From IMG/VR virus record IMGVR_UViG_3300046542_000291, positions 62,001 to 126,000 of that record: a stretch of 64,000 nucleotides of DNA; one strand, 5' to 3'. The notes beneath the pieces are model-generated. The model worked only from the letters and a program-made list of their open reading frames with translations. It searched no databases and was not told where the DNA came from. Below, piece by piece: positions 9,120-17,899 of this stretch; within the stretch, counting starts at the first letter, position 1; each line of letters opens with the position of its first letter. The translations under genes and the position numbers were made by a program.

Positions 9120-9443
9120 CTAGTTTGTGAATGGTACCGTAACCATAAGCTCCTGTTGCCATACGGCGTGGAGCCCGTATAGATAGTTGCCGGCCGGTAG
9201 ATTTTTAACACAGCCAGATGGTGCACTGGCCAGTTGGATGAGCGCTTGTCTTGCAACAAAGAAGTTGTTGAAGATTACACGCTCGTGTTGGTCTTCTGGC
9301 TTGACCCAGTCAGCCTTGTTGGACCCCTTCAGCCTCGAGTACTCGCAGACAAGTCGGCGATCGGGTGAAAGGATAGTAAGGTAGTACTGGGGTTCCGGCT
9401 GGTGGATATGCCACGTTTGCCGTGATTCGTCGAACCCCTCCAT
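9120..9443 (-). CDS. hypothetical protein (module shared with 13732, 15052, 16007)
   Basis: YYLTI...RVIFNNFFVARQAL. Confidence 0.7.
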   Translation of the reverse strand: MEGFDESRQTWHIHQPEPQYYLTILSPDRRLVCEYSRLKGSNKADWVKPEDQHERVIFNNFFVARQALIQLASAPSGCVKNLPAGNYLYGLHAVWQQELMVTVPFTN

Positions 9444-9445
9444 GA

Positions 9446-9688
9446 TTACAGCCCCTGCGGTGTTTCCGGGAATGGAATCGTACCGTGTTCAACAAGGTCG
9501 CCTTCGGCCACCCAGTTCTTTGCAAAGTTTTCGTTGTCTTTGCGAACCAGATACGGACTGGATTTCTCGGGGTAGAACGCCATTACCATGACGCTTTCCC
9601 CTTTGGCCAACGTTCCGGACGGATTAGCGACCTGAACTTGTTGCTTGGTGCGCCATGTACGAATTGGATTAACTGCATCAGGGTGCAT
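9446..9688 (-). CDS. small SH3-like beta-barrel protein
   Basis: TLAKGESVMVM...NWVAEGDL pattern. Confidence 0.6.
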   Translation of the reverse strand: MHPDAVNPIRTWRTKQQVQVANPSGTLAKGESVMVMAFYPEKSSPYLVRKDNENFAKNWVAEGDLVEHGTIPFPETPQGL

Positions 9689-9695
9689 AGGGTCC

Positions 9696-10301
9696 TCAGT
9701 GGTATTTTGGATTGATGAGGTTACTTGCTTTAATACCTACCCCGAAAGGTTCAGTGTCGAACAAGTGTTGCGTGACGCCACATTGGGGATCGTCAGGGAA
9801 GCGACCTTGATAGTCGGACAGGATGATCTGGTAGATCTCTGCCTTCGCCATCGTGTCACGGGTCAGCAACTTACTGGCCATCTTGCCGTAGCCTTCGTAA
9901 TGACGCTGGGTATCCAGCTTTCGCAAACGCACATACGGATGATTGTAAGCGCGTTCTGGGTCATCCTTGCCGTAGTGCAAATGGAGGAAAGTCGCAAAGC
10001 GCTCTTTCCCTTCGTCGTCGTCCAGATTAGTGAAGCCATGGTTGTGCTCGTAAAACTCCAGTACCAACTCAAACAAATCGTTGACACCGCCATTCAGGAT
10101 GTTCCCACCGAACAGCAAATCCGGAAGACCACGTGTCGCAAGGCCAGCGGTGAATTGGAATGGTGGGACGGCTGGATCATGACTGTACGTCACCAGGCTG
10201 AAGCGATGGTGCGACAACACGCTGTGGAACGAATGGACCATTGATTCCAAGTAGTCTTCGACATCGGAACCAGTTGTTGGCCACTGTAGTACGTTGAGCA
10301 T
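9696..10301 (-). CDS. DUF4262-like protein
   Basis: PFQFTAGLATRGLPDLL ... QIILSDYQGRFPDDP recalled as DUF4262-type motifs. Confidence 0.6.
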   Translation of the reverse strand: MLNVLQWPTTGSDVEDYLESMVHSFHSVLSHHRFSLVTYSHDPAVPPFQFTAGLATRGLPDLLFGGNILNGGVNDLFELVLEFYEHNHGFTNLDDDEGKERFATFLHLHYGKDDPERAYNHPYVRLRKLDTQRHYEGYGKMASKLLTRDTMAKAEIYQIILSDYQGRFPDDPQCGVTQHLFDTEPFGVGIKASNLINPKYH

Positions 10302-10315
10302 GGCTTCCTCTTTTT

Positions 10316-10663
10316 CTAGTTAAGCAAACAATAAGGCGTATCGTTTGTCTTGCGGATTTCTTTTTCCAACGCTTTGCTTTCTTTGTCAGAGCTGGTTGGG
10401 AACTCCAACATCCGAAGCTCAGGTTCCCAGTCCCACTGAGCCTGCAGCTTCTTGTTTGGGTGCTTGCCATTAGCGAGCATTGCCAAATGTCGATCTACGT
10501 CATTACTGACGACGCGAGAAGTCCCAACAATAAACTTCCCCGTTGAAATTGTTTCGATCAGGTACACTCCACGCGTCACTGGCGTGGATCGCCCAGACTT
10601 CCCACGCTCACGTCCCCAAATGGTCGTGGTCCACGTGTGGGCCTTTGCTTCTGTTTTAAACAT
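10316..10663 (-). CDS. stand-alone GIY-YIG nuclease domain protein
   Basis: GVYLIETISTGKFIVGTS...HLAMLANGKHPNKKLQAQW...E...N. Confidence 0.75.
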   Translation of the reverse strand: MFKTEAKAHTWTTTIWGRERGKSGRSTPVTRGVYLIETISTGKFIVGTSRVVSNDVDRHLAMLANGKHPNKKLQAQWDWEPELRMLEFPTSSDKESKALEKEIRKTNDTPYCLLN

Positions 10664-10708
10664 GACAATCTCCTAAACCTATAGATTTAGGTCCATAGTA
10701 CTACTTCC

Positions 10709-10912
10709 CTAGCCAGGACTGACCTGACTAGAGGAGCAGTAGAAGTCACACGCTGGATAAGCTTCCGGGTGCACCTTCAGGGATTCAGAACCCCCTTCAA
10801 CGACCGTCAGACGCTCACCAGCAGACGCCATCAACAAAGGAGCCTCGTTATCAGGCCCATTGTTGTAGATGGCTTTCTTGGCGATCACAGTGTCCCCTGA
10901 GGAATAACTCAT
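10709..10912 (-). CDS. small SH3/NifZ-like protein
   Basis: GDTVIAKKAIY...ASAGERLTVV. Confidence 0.65.
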   Translation of the reverse strand: MSYSSGDTVIAKKAIYNNGPDNEAPLLMASAGERLTVVEGGSESLKVHPEAYPACDFYCSSSQVSPG

Positions 10913-11106
10913 TTCTTCACCTCGAACAACGACAGGTCAGACCAGTATTGCTTTTTATCGCGATGGGGTTGGAGCAGAACAAGTTGTTTACCCATCCACA
11001 CATTAAAGCCAACTGCAACCGCCTTAGCATCTTTCTTCAGAACAGTCTTCTCATTCAGATCGACGTCCTGTTTCGCAACAATTACCATACCTGCATGACA
11101 GTACAT
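10909..11106 (-). CDS. small SH3/NifZ-like protein
   Basis: GMVIVAKQDV...LKKDAKAVAV. Confidence 0.65.
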   Translation of the reverse strand: MYCHAGMVIVAKQDVDLNEKTVLKKDAKAVAVGFNVWMGKQLVLLQPHRDKKQYWSDLSLFEVKK

Positions 11107-11118
11107 ACGTTCCCTTAC

Positions 11119-11631
11119 TTAGGCTGTGGCCTCCGTTACCTTCTTGGCATAGGTGGCTAGGTAGAATTCGAAACAATCCAGATCCCTGGAGTAGTTCATC
11201 CAATTGGACCGGATATTGATTTCTTTGGCATAACCATTGATACCATCCTCCACAACGGTCGTGTGAATTGGCTGCAGGGCTTGTTGGAAAGCTTCAGCAG
11301 CCGAGATAGGAGCATCGCCAAACATCTCGATCCACGTAGTTAAACGATCACCCAACCCAGGGGTAGCGTAACGAGAGAACCACAACGCGGAGATCTCATG
11401 ACCGTATTCCCGAGCCATTGCTTCCAGATGAAAGTAGGATGGGTTTAAAGACAATAGATCTTCATGATTGTCGATCAAGCACGGTTGGATGGACATGGTG
11501 AAAGCGTCACGCACTTCAACCTTGACCAGACCTTTATCCCAGCAGATGAATCGAACACGGTCACCGGCTTTTGCAACGCGGATATCGTTGAGGCGTATCT
11601 CACTTCCCAACCGCAACATAATCTTTTTCAA
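11119..11631 (-). CDS. hypothetical protein with N-terminal SH3-like module
   Basis: EIRLNDIRVAKAGDRVRFI. Confidence 0.7.
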   Translation of the reverse strand: MKKIMLRLGSEIRLNDIRVAKAGDRVRFICWDKGLVKVEVRDAFTMSIQPCLIDNHEDLLSLNPSYFHLEAMAREYGHEISALWFSRYATPGLGDRLTTWIEMFGDAPISAAEAFQQALQPIHTTVVEDGINGYAKEINIRSNWMNYSRDLDCFEFYLATYAKKVTEATA

Positions 11632-11927
11632 TTGGTGTAGTCCTTGAATGGGTCTTCCAGGTCACCGGCACGTACCGCACCGATCTCACCATGGTTTTCG
11701 TTGTTCTTGACTGTGAAGAAATCTTCGCCACGGTGAATGTCTTCACCCAGCACTTCGATCTGATCACCTTCGTTCGCGTACTTAACTTCCGTGTAACCGT
11801 TCTCACGGTCGAACAACAGGATGTAGATGTCGCGCGCAGCGGTCAGGATCATCCCCTGACCTACTTCGGATCGAGCGAGTTGACCGAGAAGACTCAGACC
11901 CCCACTCAGGTTTTGCATCATGTTCAT
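11628..11927 (-). CDS. SH3/NifZ-like protein
   Basis: start moved to ATG 11927 (GAGGT RBS, promoter upstream); GQGMILTAARDIY...ANEGDQIEVL. Confidence 0.7.
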   Translation of the reverse strand: MNMMQNLSGGLSLLGQLARSEVGQGMILTAARDIYILLFDRENGYTEVKYANEGDQIEVLGEDIHRGEDFFTVKNNENHGEIGAVRAGDLEDPFKDYTN

Positions 11928-11958
11928 ACGGTGTACCTCTATGTGGTTTGACAGATCT

Positions 11959-11967
11959 GTAATGTAG
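11959..11967 (-). promoter_or_regulatory. early promoter variant (CTACATTAC)
   Basis: one mismatch to CTATATTAC; flank AGATCT as at 24532. Confidence 0.55.
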
Positions 11968-12023
11968 ATCTGAGATCGGTTGAGATGAAGCGACATAAGC
12001 GGACCCAAATGGGCCCACTCAGT

Positions 12024-12479
12024 TTATGCAAAGTGCAGCTTAAGACCGACCACCGGAGACTCTTTGTCCGAGGTGATCTTGCAAAGGCCGGTGTTGATGT
12101 TGAACTCCAGATTGAAGCCCCAACGCAAACCGTTCAGCTTGGTAACGAAACCAGTCTTCACGATGCGTTCATTGCCTACGTTGTAGGCTTTGTCACTCAG
12201 TTCGATGACAGCCATCTTGTTGAGGGGGTGAATCTTGAGGTTGTCGCCGTCATCAACGTAGGCGAGTTCCTTCAAGTACAGCTTGCTCGGGATCTTGCCG
12301 AGTTGGCAGATATCGTAGAGCTTTACACCGGCTTCGGACAGTTTGAGATAACCGGTAAGGGCAATCTCCCCGTTCGATTCCACGCGCTGTGGCATGGACT
12401 GGCTATGCTGAACGAACAGCTCGCCATTGGTGTCCCGGTTAAACACAGGAAACATCCCTGGCATGTGTTTTTCGATCAT
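12024..12479 (-). CDS. hypothetical protein
   Basis: start moved to MIEKH (AGGA RBS). Confidence 0.7.
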   Translation of the reverse strand: MIEKHMPGMFPVFNRDTNGELFVQHSQSMPQRVESNGEIALTGYLKLSEAGVKLYDICQLGKIPSKLYLKELAYVDDGDNLKIHPLNKMAVIELSDKAYNVGNERIVKTGFVTKLNGLRWGFNLEFNINTGLCKITSDKESPVVGLKLHFA

Positions 12480-12575
12480 CAGGATTTTCCTGTAAGGGTT
12501 GATAAAGTAGCCGCACCTAATATCAGCATGAGGCCAAGCAGTAACTGAACTTCGGACCAAGACTGAAACATAGTG

Positions 12576-12992
12576 TCACTCCTTGATGGCCCGTCTCCAA
12601 GTTAACTGGGCATTCAGTCCAGACAGGTTAGTAACGTTCACCCGCGTTATCCGCTCGTGCTGTACCCTAACACTGACCTTCAGTAGCACCACGTCTTCAG
12701 AACCACGTAATATTGGTTTCAGAAGATACGGATCAGACGTGTGGTGCCAACTAGCCTTCTGCTTATCGATGATCAAGTAAAACTGGCTGAGACCATTCAT
12801 CAGTGGAATCAAACCGCTTTCCATTGAAATGGGCCATTTTGAGGTCAGCCTTTGGTTGGCGTATTCCGTATGAACTGTCAGGTGAATTGGTTGGAACCAG
12901 CAAACCGGTTTAGCCAATATCCTGAAAACGACCCAGCCGGCGAGGCAGAGCAGTACTGCCAGCAGCGAACTGTTTATCGGGTTCATGTACAC
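12576..12992 (-). CDS. membrane-anchored hypothetical protein
   Basis: N-terminal TM; AAGGAG RBS. Confidence 0.75.
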   Translation of the reverse strand: MYMNPINSSLLAVLLCLAGWVVFRILAKPVCWFQPIHLTVHTEYANQRLTSKWPISMESGLIPLMNGLSQFYLIIDKQKASWHHTSDPYLLKPILRGSEDVVLLKVSVRVQHERITRVNVTNLSGLNAQLTWRRAIKE

Positions 12993-12999
12993 TCCTTAT

Positions 13000-13269
13000 T
13001 TACGCAGCCGCTTGTCCCACGGCCATCAGCATTGCGAGCTGGCTGTTTTTGGGTATTTCCAGCTCAGTCAGTTCTTCACCGGTTTTGCACAGTGTAAGTG
13101 TTTCCAGGTTTCCCCGGAGATCACAGGTGAACTCCACTGCGCCCTCCGGGTGTAACCCGAACGAGCGCCAGTTGCTATTATCGGAGATGTCAAAGGTAAA
13201 GAGTCGCTCCTTACCGAGAAATTCCGTTACCCAAGCTTCTCCGCGTTTAATCAATCTGACGCTTGCCAT
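13000..13269 (-). CDS. hypothetical protein (C-terminal -QAAA)
   Basis: start moved to MASVR. Confidence 0.75.
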   Translation of the reverse strand: MASVRLIKRGEAWVTEFLGKERLFTFDISDNSNWRSFGLHPEGAVEFTCDLRGNLETLTLCKTGEELTELEIPKNSQLAMLMAVGQAAA

Positions 13270-13273
13270 ATTG

Positions 13274-13735
13274 TTACCCTTCGGCTTTGGTGAGATCCTC
13301 CTTTGTAAGAGAGATCCCAATGGTAGTTGAGGTTTCTTTCTTACCGCCGACGTAATGATCGTGTTCGATCACTTCTTCAGCATTGTTTGCTTCAAACCAT
13401 TGGTGTGCCCGCTCGATAACTTCGGCGTGAGTACGACCGTAAACAGCTACAGTCAGCTTACTCTTCACCTTAGTGGTAGCGCCCCAACGTTTGCCATGTT
13501 CTGGATTAGGTACCATCTGGAACGTATCGAAATATCCGACACAGATGACGCCGTTAGCGAGGATCTCTTTCCAAAGCTCAGGATCTTCAGAGGCGTTATG
13601 AATCGCCCCGAAGGCCATCTTCTGGATACTGGTGATGCGGTCAAAGGACGAATCGGAATCGCAGTCCTTCACCCACATGTGCATGGTTACCCGAGTAACC
13701 CACTTGGTGAGTTGTTTCTCGAGACTGCTCATCAC
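13274..13735 (-). CDS. hypothetical protein
   Basis: GTGA coupling. Confidence 0.75.
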   Translation of the reverse strand: MMSSLEKQLTKWVTRVTMHMWVKDCDSDSSFDRITSIQKMAFGAIHNASEDPELWKEILANGVICVGYFDTFQMVPNPEHGKRWGATTKVKSKLTVAVYGRTHAEVIERAHQWFEANNAEEVIEHDHYVGGKKETSTTIGISLTKEDLTKAEG

Positions 13736-14472
13736 ACGGCTTCCATCTCGCCATGCAGACTGCGCGATTCCAACTGGATGTCGCGCAGGATATCTGCTGG
13801 CATCAGGTTGAAGGCAACGATCAGGATGGAACGGTTCTCACCATTCACCGGGTTGTATTGATGCAGGCAGATGGAGTGCTCATCTTTGTCGATGGCGGTG
13901 ATCCGAGTGCCTTTGTTCTGCATGGAGTGCGCAATCGTCATCATGGTGCTATTGACTTGGATCGCGTCGTCTTCAGGCATGTTGGTAATGTAGTGCCCGA
14001 CTTCTTTCAGCACTTCACCAATCGAGTAATCCCCAGTGCGCCCGACACTTACCGGGGCAAAGGAAACCACCGAAGGCATGCCGATAGCTTGATATGCCTT
14101 TTCCAATTTGATAGCCTTTTCGAGATCTTTGAGGATCTCTGTTTCAGTGGGCCATTGGTGCATGACCCAATCCACAGAACCGATTTGTTCACGACTGTCC
14201 GGATTGACCGGAATCAAGCTAACCAGGAACCGACGACATTGATTGAAGTCGGTATCGCAAATAGCCAGAATGGTCAACTCCATGCTGTCGGCAAGTTGAT
14301 CGAATGCAGCCTTCGCTTTCTCGTACGAGAAAAGCTCACAGTTGTAACGGTCTGCAAAGTACCACTGACTGAAGTTAGTCATGTTGACTTCGGTTTCCCC
14401 ATTGCGTGGAGTAACGAAGCCAACTTCCTGACCGTCGGCCATAATTTGCAGAACGTAATTTTCGTGAGGCAT
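13732..14472 (-). CDS. hypothetical protein
   Basis: start moved to MPHEN; N-terminal module shared with 9120, 15052, 16007. Confidence 0.8.
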   Translation of the reverse strand: MPHENYVLQIMADGQEVGFVTPRNGETEVNMTNFSQWYFADRYNCELFSYEKAKAAFDQLADSMELTILAICDTDFNQCRRFLVSLIPVNPDSREQIGSVDWVMHQWPTETEILKDLEKAIKLEKAYQAIGMPSVVSFAPVSVGRTGDYSIGEVLKEVGHYITNMPEDDAIQVNSTMMTIAHSMQNKGTRITAIDKDEHSICLHQYNPVNGENRSILIVAFNLMPADILRDIQLESRSLHGEMEAV

Positions 14473-14485
14473 GGGTAAATCCCTT

Positions 14486-15067
14486 TTAGATTGTTTTTGG
14501 TGGTGCTGGAGCGATCTTGTAGATATGCTCAAACATCAGTGAGTCAAGGTGAACATCGCTACGCCGAGTGACGTGGTGGATGCAGTTGGTTTGTTCGGTG
14601 AACAGTTGATGAAGGCGATCCCAATGGACCTCCAAGTTATTTGCCCAGGCTGGACCCATCTTGCGACGAGCGTCAGTAAGCCAAGCTTCTTTGAAACCCT
14701 TGCGGGGGTAAACGACCGTGTAGGCGAGATTCATTTCTCGAAGACGGTCAAAGCTTTGTTTACCCCATGCTTCAATGGTAACCAGCCGGTCCATGTTGAC
14801 CCCGCGCCAGATACGCATTTCTTCCGGTGGATGAAAAGCCCAACGCCCGGTGATCGGCACTTGCCCATATTGTGCAGATCCCAAATCCAACCCAGGCATC
14901 ATCACTAAGATTCGATCACACTTAGGTCGAACCTCACCGTCAAAGCTTTCCTTGATGTAACACGCTTTCGAACGGTCTGTACGTTTCAGGATCAAGTCCA
15001 GGTACAGATCGTGGTTTCGGCGATCAGGAAACTCTACTTGTGGAAATGTACTCACAAGATCCCCCAA
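14486..15067 (-). CDS. degenerate P-loop kinase-like protein
   Basis: ILVMMPGL...YTVVYP...W...HWDRL; paralog of the 15052 C-terminus. Confidence 0.55.
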   Translation of the reverse strand: MGDLVSTFPQVEFPDRRNHDLYLDLILKRTDRSKACYIKESFDGEVRPKCDRILVMMPGLDLGSAQYGQVPITGRWAFHPPEEMRIWRGVNMDRLVTIEAWGKQSFDRLREMNLAYTVVYPRKGFKEAWLTDARRKMGPAWANNLEVHWDRLHQLFTEQTNCIHHVTRRSDVHLDSLMFEHIYKIAPAPPKTI

Positions 15068-15993
15068 GACTTCAGATCATCCAACGTGATGGAGGCGTCG
15101 TGAAGTTCAATGTGTTTGCAGTTGTTGGACCGACGGAAGAACTGCTGAAGCTTCTCCCAGTTAACAGCCAGCATACCTTCGTCTACCAGTGAATTGTTTG
15201 CCTTGTAGCGTTGCAGCCATTCAATGAAGAGTTCACGGGTTGGGTAGATAACCGTAAACGGCATCCCCTTTTCGTGAAGGATCGTGGAGACATCGCCAAA
15301 GGTTGTATAAACAACCGTTAACTTGTCTCGTTGAACCAATTGCATTTTGACAATGAACTCGTCTGTGATGGTGCCGTAGCGCGTCGAGAACTCAGGACTG
15401 GTAAGCGCAGTAAAGGTACCCGGGAAACATACGAGAAACTTTGTCTGCTCCCGTTGGGTATCGAGCATCTTGGCCTTATCCAAGGCGTAGTCAACCCACG
15501 AAGTTGGCGTCTTGAGTGCCGGGTCATTCCGCACGTAGGTACGCTTGTCCACTACAGTGAATAGTGGTGGCAAGTTATTCAAATCCACCGGTTCATTACG
15601 GTCAACTTCGTTCAGGTCTTCCGTAAGGATAGCCCGGTGGGGTGTTGGTAGACGACCCTTCGTACCGAGCTCCCAAACATTACCGAATTCCTTGTACTCG
15701 GTGCATGCTGGATTTACCCCAGTGATACGCCCTGACAGCTTTTCAGGAACTTTTTCAACGCCGAGGTAGGCGGCCAGTTTGTCCAATGGCAGACCCTTCA
15801 ACCAGGCCAAGACGCCACACGCTTTCGGCCAGGAAGTGAAGACGTAAGCCTCACTGATACCTTGGACACAGGCCGCATCCACAAGAGCCTTCAGTCCACG
15901 TGAACTGTGGTAGCGATCAGGTTGACCGTACTGTGTGATAACTACAACGAAGCCGCCTGCATTACCTGGGTTTGTTTCAGTTGTCATGTGCAT
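15052..15993 (-). CDS. two-domain protein with degenerate P-loop kinase-like C-terminal domain
   Basis: FLVCFPGT...FTVIYPTRELFIEWLQRY...NWEKL. Confidence 0.6.
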   Translation of the reverse strand: MHMTTETNPGNAGGFVVVITQYGQPDRYHSSRGLKALVDAACVQGISEAYVFTSWPKACGVLAWLKGLPLDKLAAYLGVEKVPEKLSGRITGVNPACTEYKEFGNVWELGTKGRLPTPHRAILTEDLNEVDRNEPVDLNNLPPLFTVVDKRTYVRNDPALKTPTSWVDYALDKAKMLDTQREQTKFLVCFPGTFTALTSPEFSTRYGTITDEFIVKMQLVQRDKLTVVYTTFGDVSTILHEKGMPFTVIYPTRELFIEWLQRYKANNSLVDEGMLAVNWEKLQQFFRRSNNCKHIELHDASITLDDLKSWGIL

Positions 15994-16006
15994 TTTATTT
16001 TCCTGT

Positions 16007-16309
16007 TTACTTAAAGTAGTAGGTGCGGGAAACCATCTTACTGCTGCGGGGGTCATCCCGGTGGAGCGAGTAGCTGAGGAACGCGGGTTTCTTGTCCAAC
16101 TTCAGAAGCGCCAGCTTAACCAGATCTGGATAGTCAAACACGGACGCAAACAATTCACGGGCGCGACTGTAGTCCCGCATACGAAACGCTTTCGCATGAT
16201 CGGGCGTGGTGGTCAGGATCAGTGAATCCACATCAGGGCGAGCAACCGCGATGTAGTGGGCACCTTCCTCTCCAGGAACTTTGATAGTGATGAAGAATGG
16301 GTAGTTCAT
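16007..16309 (-). CDS. hypothetical protein
   Basis: AAGGA RBS; FFITI...HAKAF...ARELF module. Confidence 0.75.
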   Translation of the reverse strand: MNYPFFITIKVPGEEGAHYIAVARPDVDSLILTTTPDHAKAFRMRDYSRARELFASVFDYPDLVKLALLKLDKKPAFLSYSLHRDDPRSSKMVSRTYYFK

Positions 16310-16336
16310 GATAATCCTTATTTACACAAAAAGAAA

Positions 16337-16356
16337 AGGGTCCTTGGTGGGACCCT
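16337..16356 (-). terminator. intrinsic terminator
   Basis: AGGGTCC-CACCAA-GGACCCT followed by TTTTCTTTTTG on minus strand. Confidence 0.7.
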
Positions 16357-16368
16357 ACTCAACACGAC

Positions 16369-16692
16369 TTAATCAACTTCCACGCCAACTTCCGAGATGG
16401 AAGCGGTGGAGATGATTTCGGTCGTACCGAATATGGCTTGGTTAAAACGGTTGAACATGTACTCGTGCATTTCCTCAGAGCGGTCATAAACAATTCCATC
16501 CGCTTTGCCATCAATGTGGACAAACCGGTAGGTGACCAACTCCGGTAGAAGATGATCAATGGTCAGGACGATCTTTTGAAAGCCGCGCATGTCCACCCCA
16601 TAAAGAGGAGAACCTTGCCCGAGAATGGTAGTGACATTCACAACCTTAGCCGTGAGGTCTTTGTTGAACTTACCGGTAGACTGAGATTGCAT
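16369..16692 (-). CDS. hypothetical early protein
   Basis: single gene between early promoter and terminator; AGGAG RBS. Confidence 0.8.
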   Translation of the reverse strand: MQSQSTGKFNKDLTAKVVNVTTILGQGSPLYGVDMRGFQKIVLTIDHLLPELVTYRFVHIDGKADGIVYDRSEEMHEYMFNRFNQAIFGTTEIISTASISEVGVEVD

Positions 16693-16727
16693 ATGTAACT
16701 CCTGTTTTCTGGTTTAGATTCACAAAA

Positions 16728-16736
16728 GTAATATAG
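16728..16736 (-). promoter_or_regulatory. phiKZ-type early promoter
   Basis: CTATATTAC with upstream AT-rich element. Confidence 0.85.
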
Positions 16737-16778
16737 GCTTTTAAATGCTTTGAATGTACAAAAAGAAAATGGCATAAG

Positions 16779-16796
16779 GCCTCCCCGAAGGGAGGC
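16779..16796 (-). terminator. cUUCGg hairpin terminator
   Basis: GCCTCCCTTCGGGGAGGC, CATAA/TTATG flanks, U-tract. Confidence 0.85.
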
Positions 16797-16803
16797 TTTA
16801 TGT

Positions 16804-17343
16804 TTAAGCGGTAACGGTAACAGTCTTGTCGACGCTGTACTTGCCAGCTTCTGCAACAGTGATAACCGAAGTACCAGCAGCAACACCGGTAACCAGACCG
16901 CTCGAAGAGACGGTGGCTTTGGCCGGGGTAGCCGAGGTGTAGGTTGGAGCAGGGGTGTACGCTTCGCCGTTCTTGGTAACGGTCAGGACGAGTTGTACAG
17001 TACCAGCAACAGCAACCGACGGAGTAGCCGGAGCCAGAGTGGCGACGTATACATCAACCTTTGGCTTCACCGAGAAGGCAACGACAACGCGTTTGGCTTC
17101 CTGGATGACTTCCACGTCTTTCCAGCCGGCTGCTTCGATGGCTTCTTTGAGGGAAGCCTGAGCAGCGGTGGTCAGCTGAACGCCATCGGCGATGACGCGC
17201 AGGTTCGGGTTGTCGATTTCGGCGTTGGTGACGTAGTCGACGGTAGTTTGTTTGGTCAGGTGAGCATTGATTGCCGCTTCGATAGGACCAACGTCCAGGG
17301 CGACGCGGGCAGCAATGGCATCAGCTTTGTTCAGTACAGCCAT
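16804..17343 (-). CDS. Ig-like (Big_2) domain protein, probable virion accessory protein
   Basis: TYTSATPAKATVSSSGLVTGVAAGTSVITV is a Big_2 signature; GAGGAG RBS; start moved to MAVLN. Confidence 0.85.
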   Translation of the reverse strand: MAVLNKADAIAARVALDVGPIEAAINAHLTKQTTVDYVTNAEIDNPNLRVIADGVQLTTAAQASLKEAIEAAGWKDVEVIQEAKRVVVAFSVKPKVDVYVATLAPATPSVAVAGTVQLVLTVTKNGEAYTPAPTYTSATPAKATVSSSGLVTGVAAGTSVITVAEAGKYSVDKTVTVTA

Positions 17344-17379
17344 GTTGAAACTCCTCAAATGATGCATTCACAACGAATA

Positions 17380-17383
17380 CATA
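17380..17383 (-). promoter_or_regulatory. possible late promoter (TATG)
   Basis: TCTTATGTA about 37 nt upstream of the Ig gene; phiKZ late consensus is TATG; motif too short for certainty. Confidence 0.35.
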
Positions 17384-17446
17384 AGATCAGGTAAAAGCCG
17401 CTTCAACGTGGTTAACTGACACCGCTAAGACGGGTCACACCCATAT

Positions 17447-17473
17447 AAAAAGTCCCGATGGCTAGCATCGAGA
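17447..17473 (-). terminator. intrinsic terminator ending the IN[ST] cluster
   Basis: TCTCGATG-CTAGC-CATCGGGA then CTTTTT. Confidence 0.65.
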
Positions 17474-17534
17474 GTGGTCCACGGTATTCAAACGCGAGGA
17501 CCGCTATCTTGTAAAACATGTTTCGTTCGATCAC

Positions 17535-17882
17535 CTACGTGTTAATGGATTCAGCGAATGCTTTACCCAGACTACATAAGGTGATATCGGTATCGCTGAA
17601 GTCAGCGTTGATCATGACTTCACCACGGAGCATTACAATCTCGCGTGCGTCTATGACATCGAATACCGTTTGAGCACCTTCCTTCAATCCATCTGCATAA
17701 GCGGCTTTGGCCTCGTCACTTCCACGATCGGTGGATTCTACGGCCGCTTTATCAGTAAGGGAATCGACGACAGCCCCGAGCAACCGGGTTTGCTGTTCAA
17801 GGGACTCTTTCTTCTGTTCTTCTTCCAAGTCATTCAAGATCTTGATAGCCTCTTGAAGACCGTCTGACATCATGAGTGACAT
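17535..17882 (-). CDS. 'IN[ST]-tail' family protein
   Basis: ends SLGKAFAESINT. Confidence 0.85.
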   Translation of the reverse strand: MSLMMSDGLQEAIKILNDLEEEQKKESLEQQTRLLGAVVDSLTDKAAVESTDRGSDEAKAAYADGLKEGAQTVFDVIDAREIVMLRGEVMINADFSDTDITLCSLGKAFAESINT

Positions 17883-17899
17883 GATAATACCGTCCTTCT

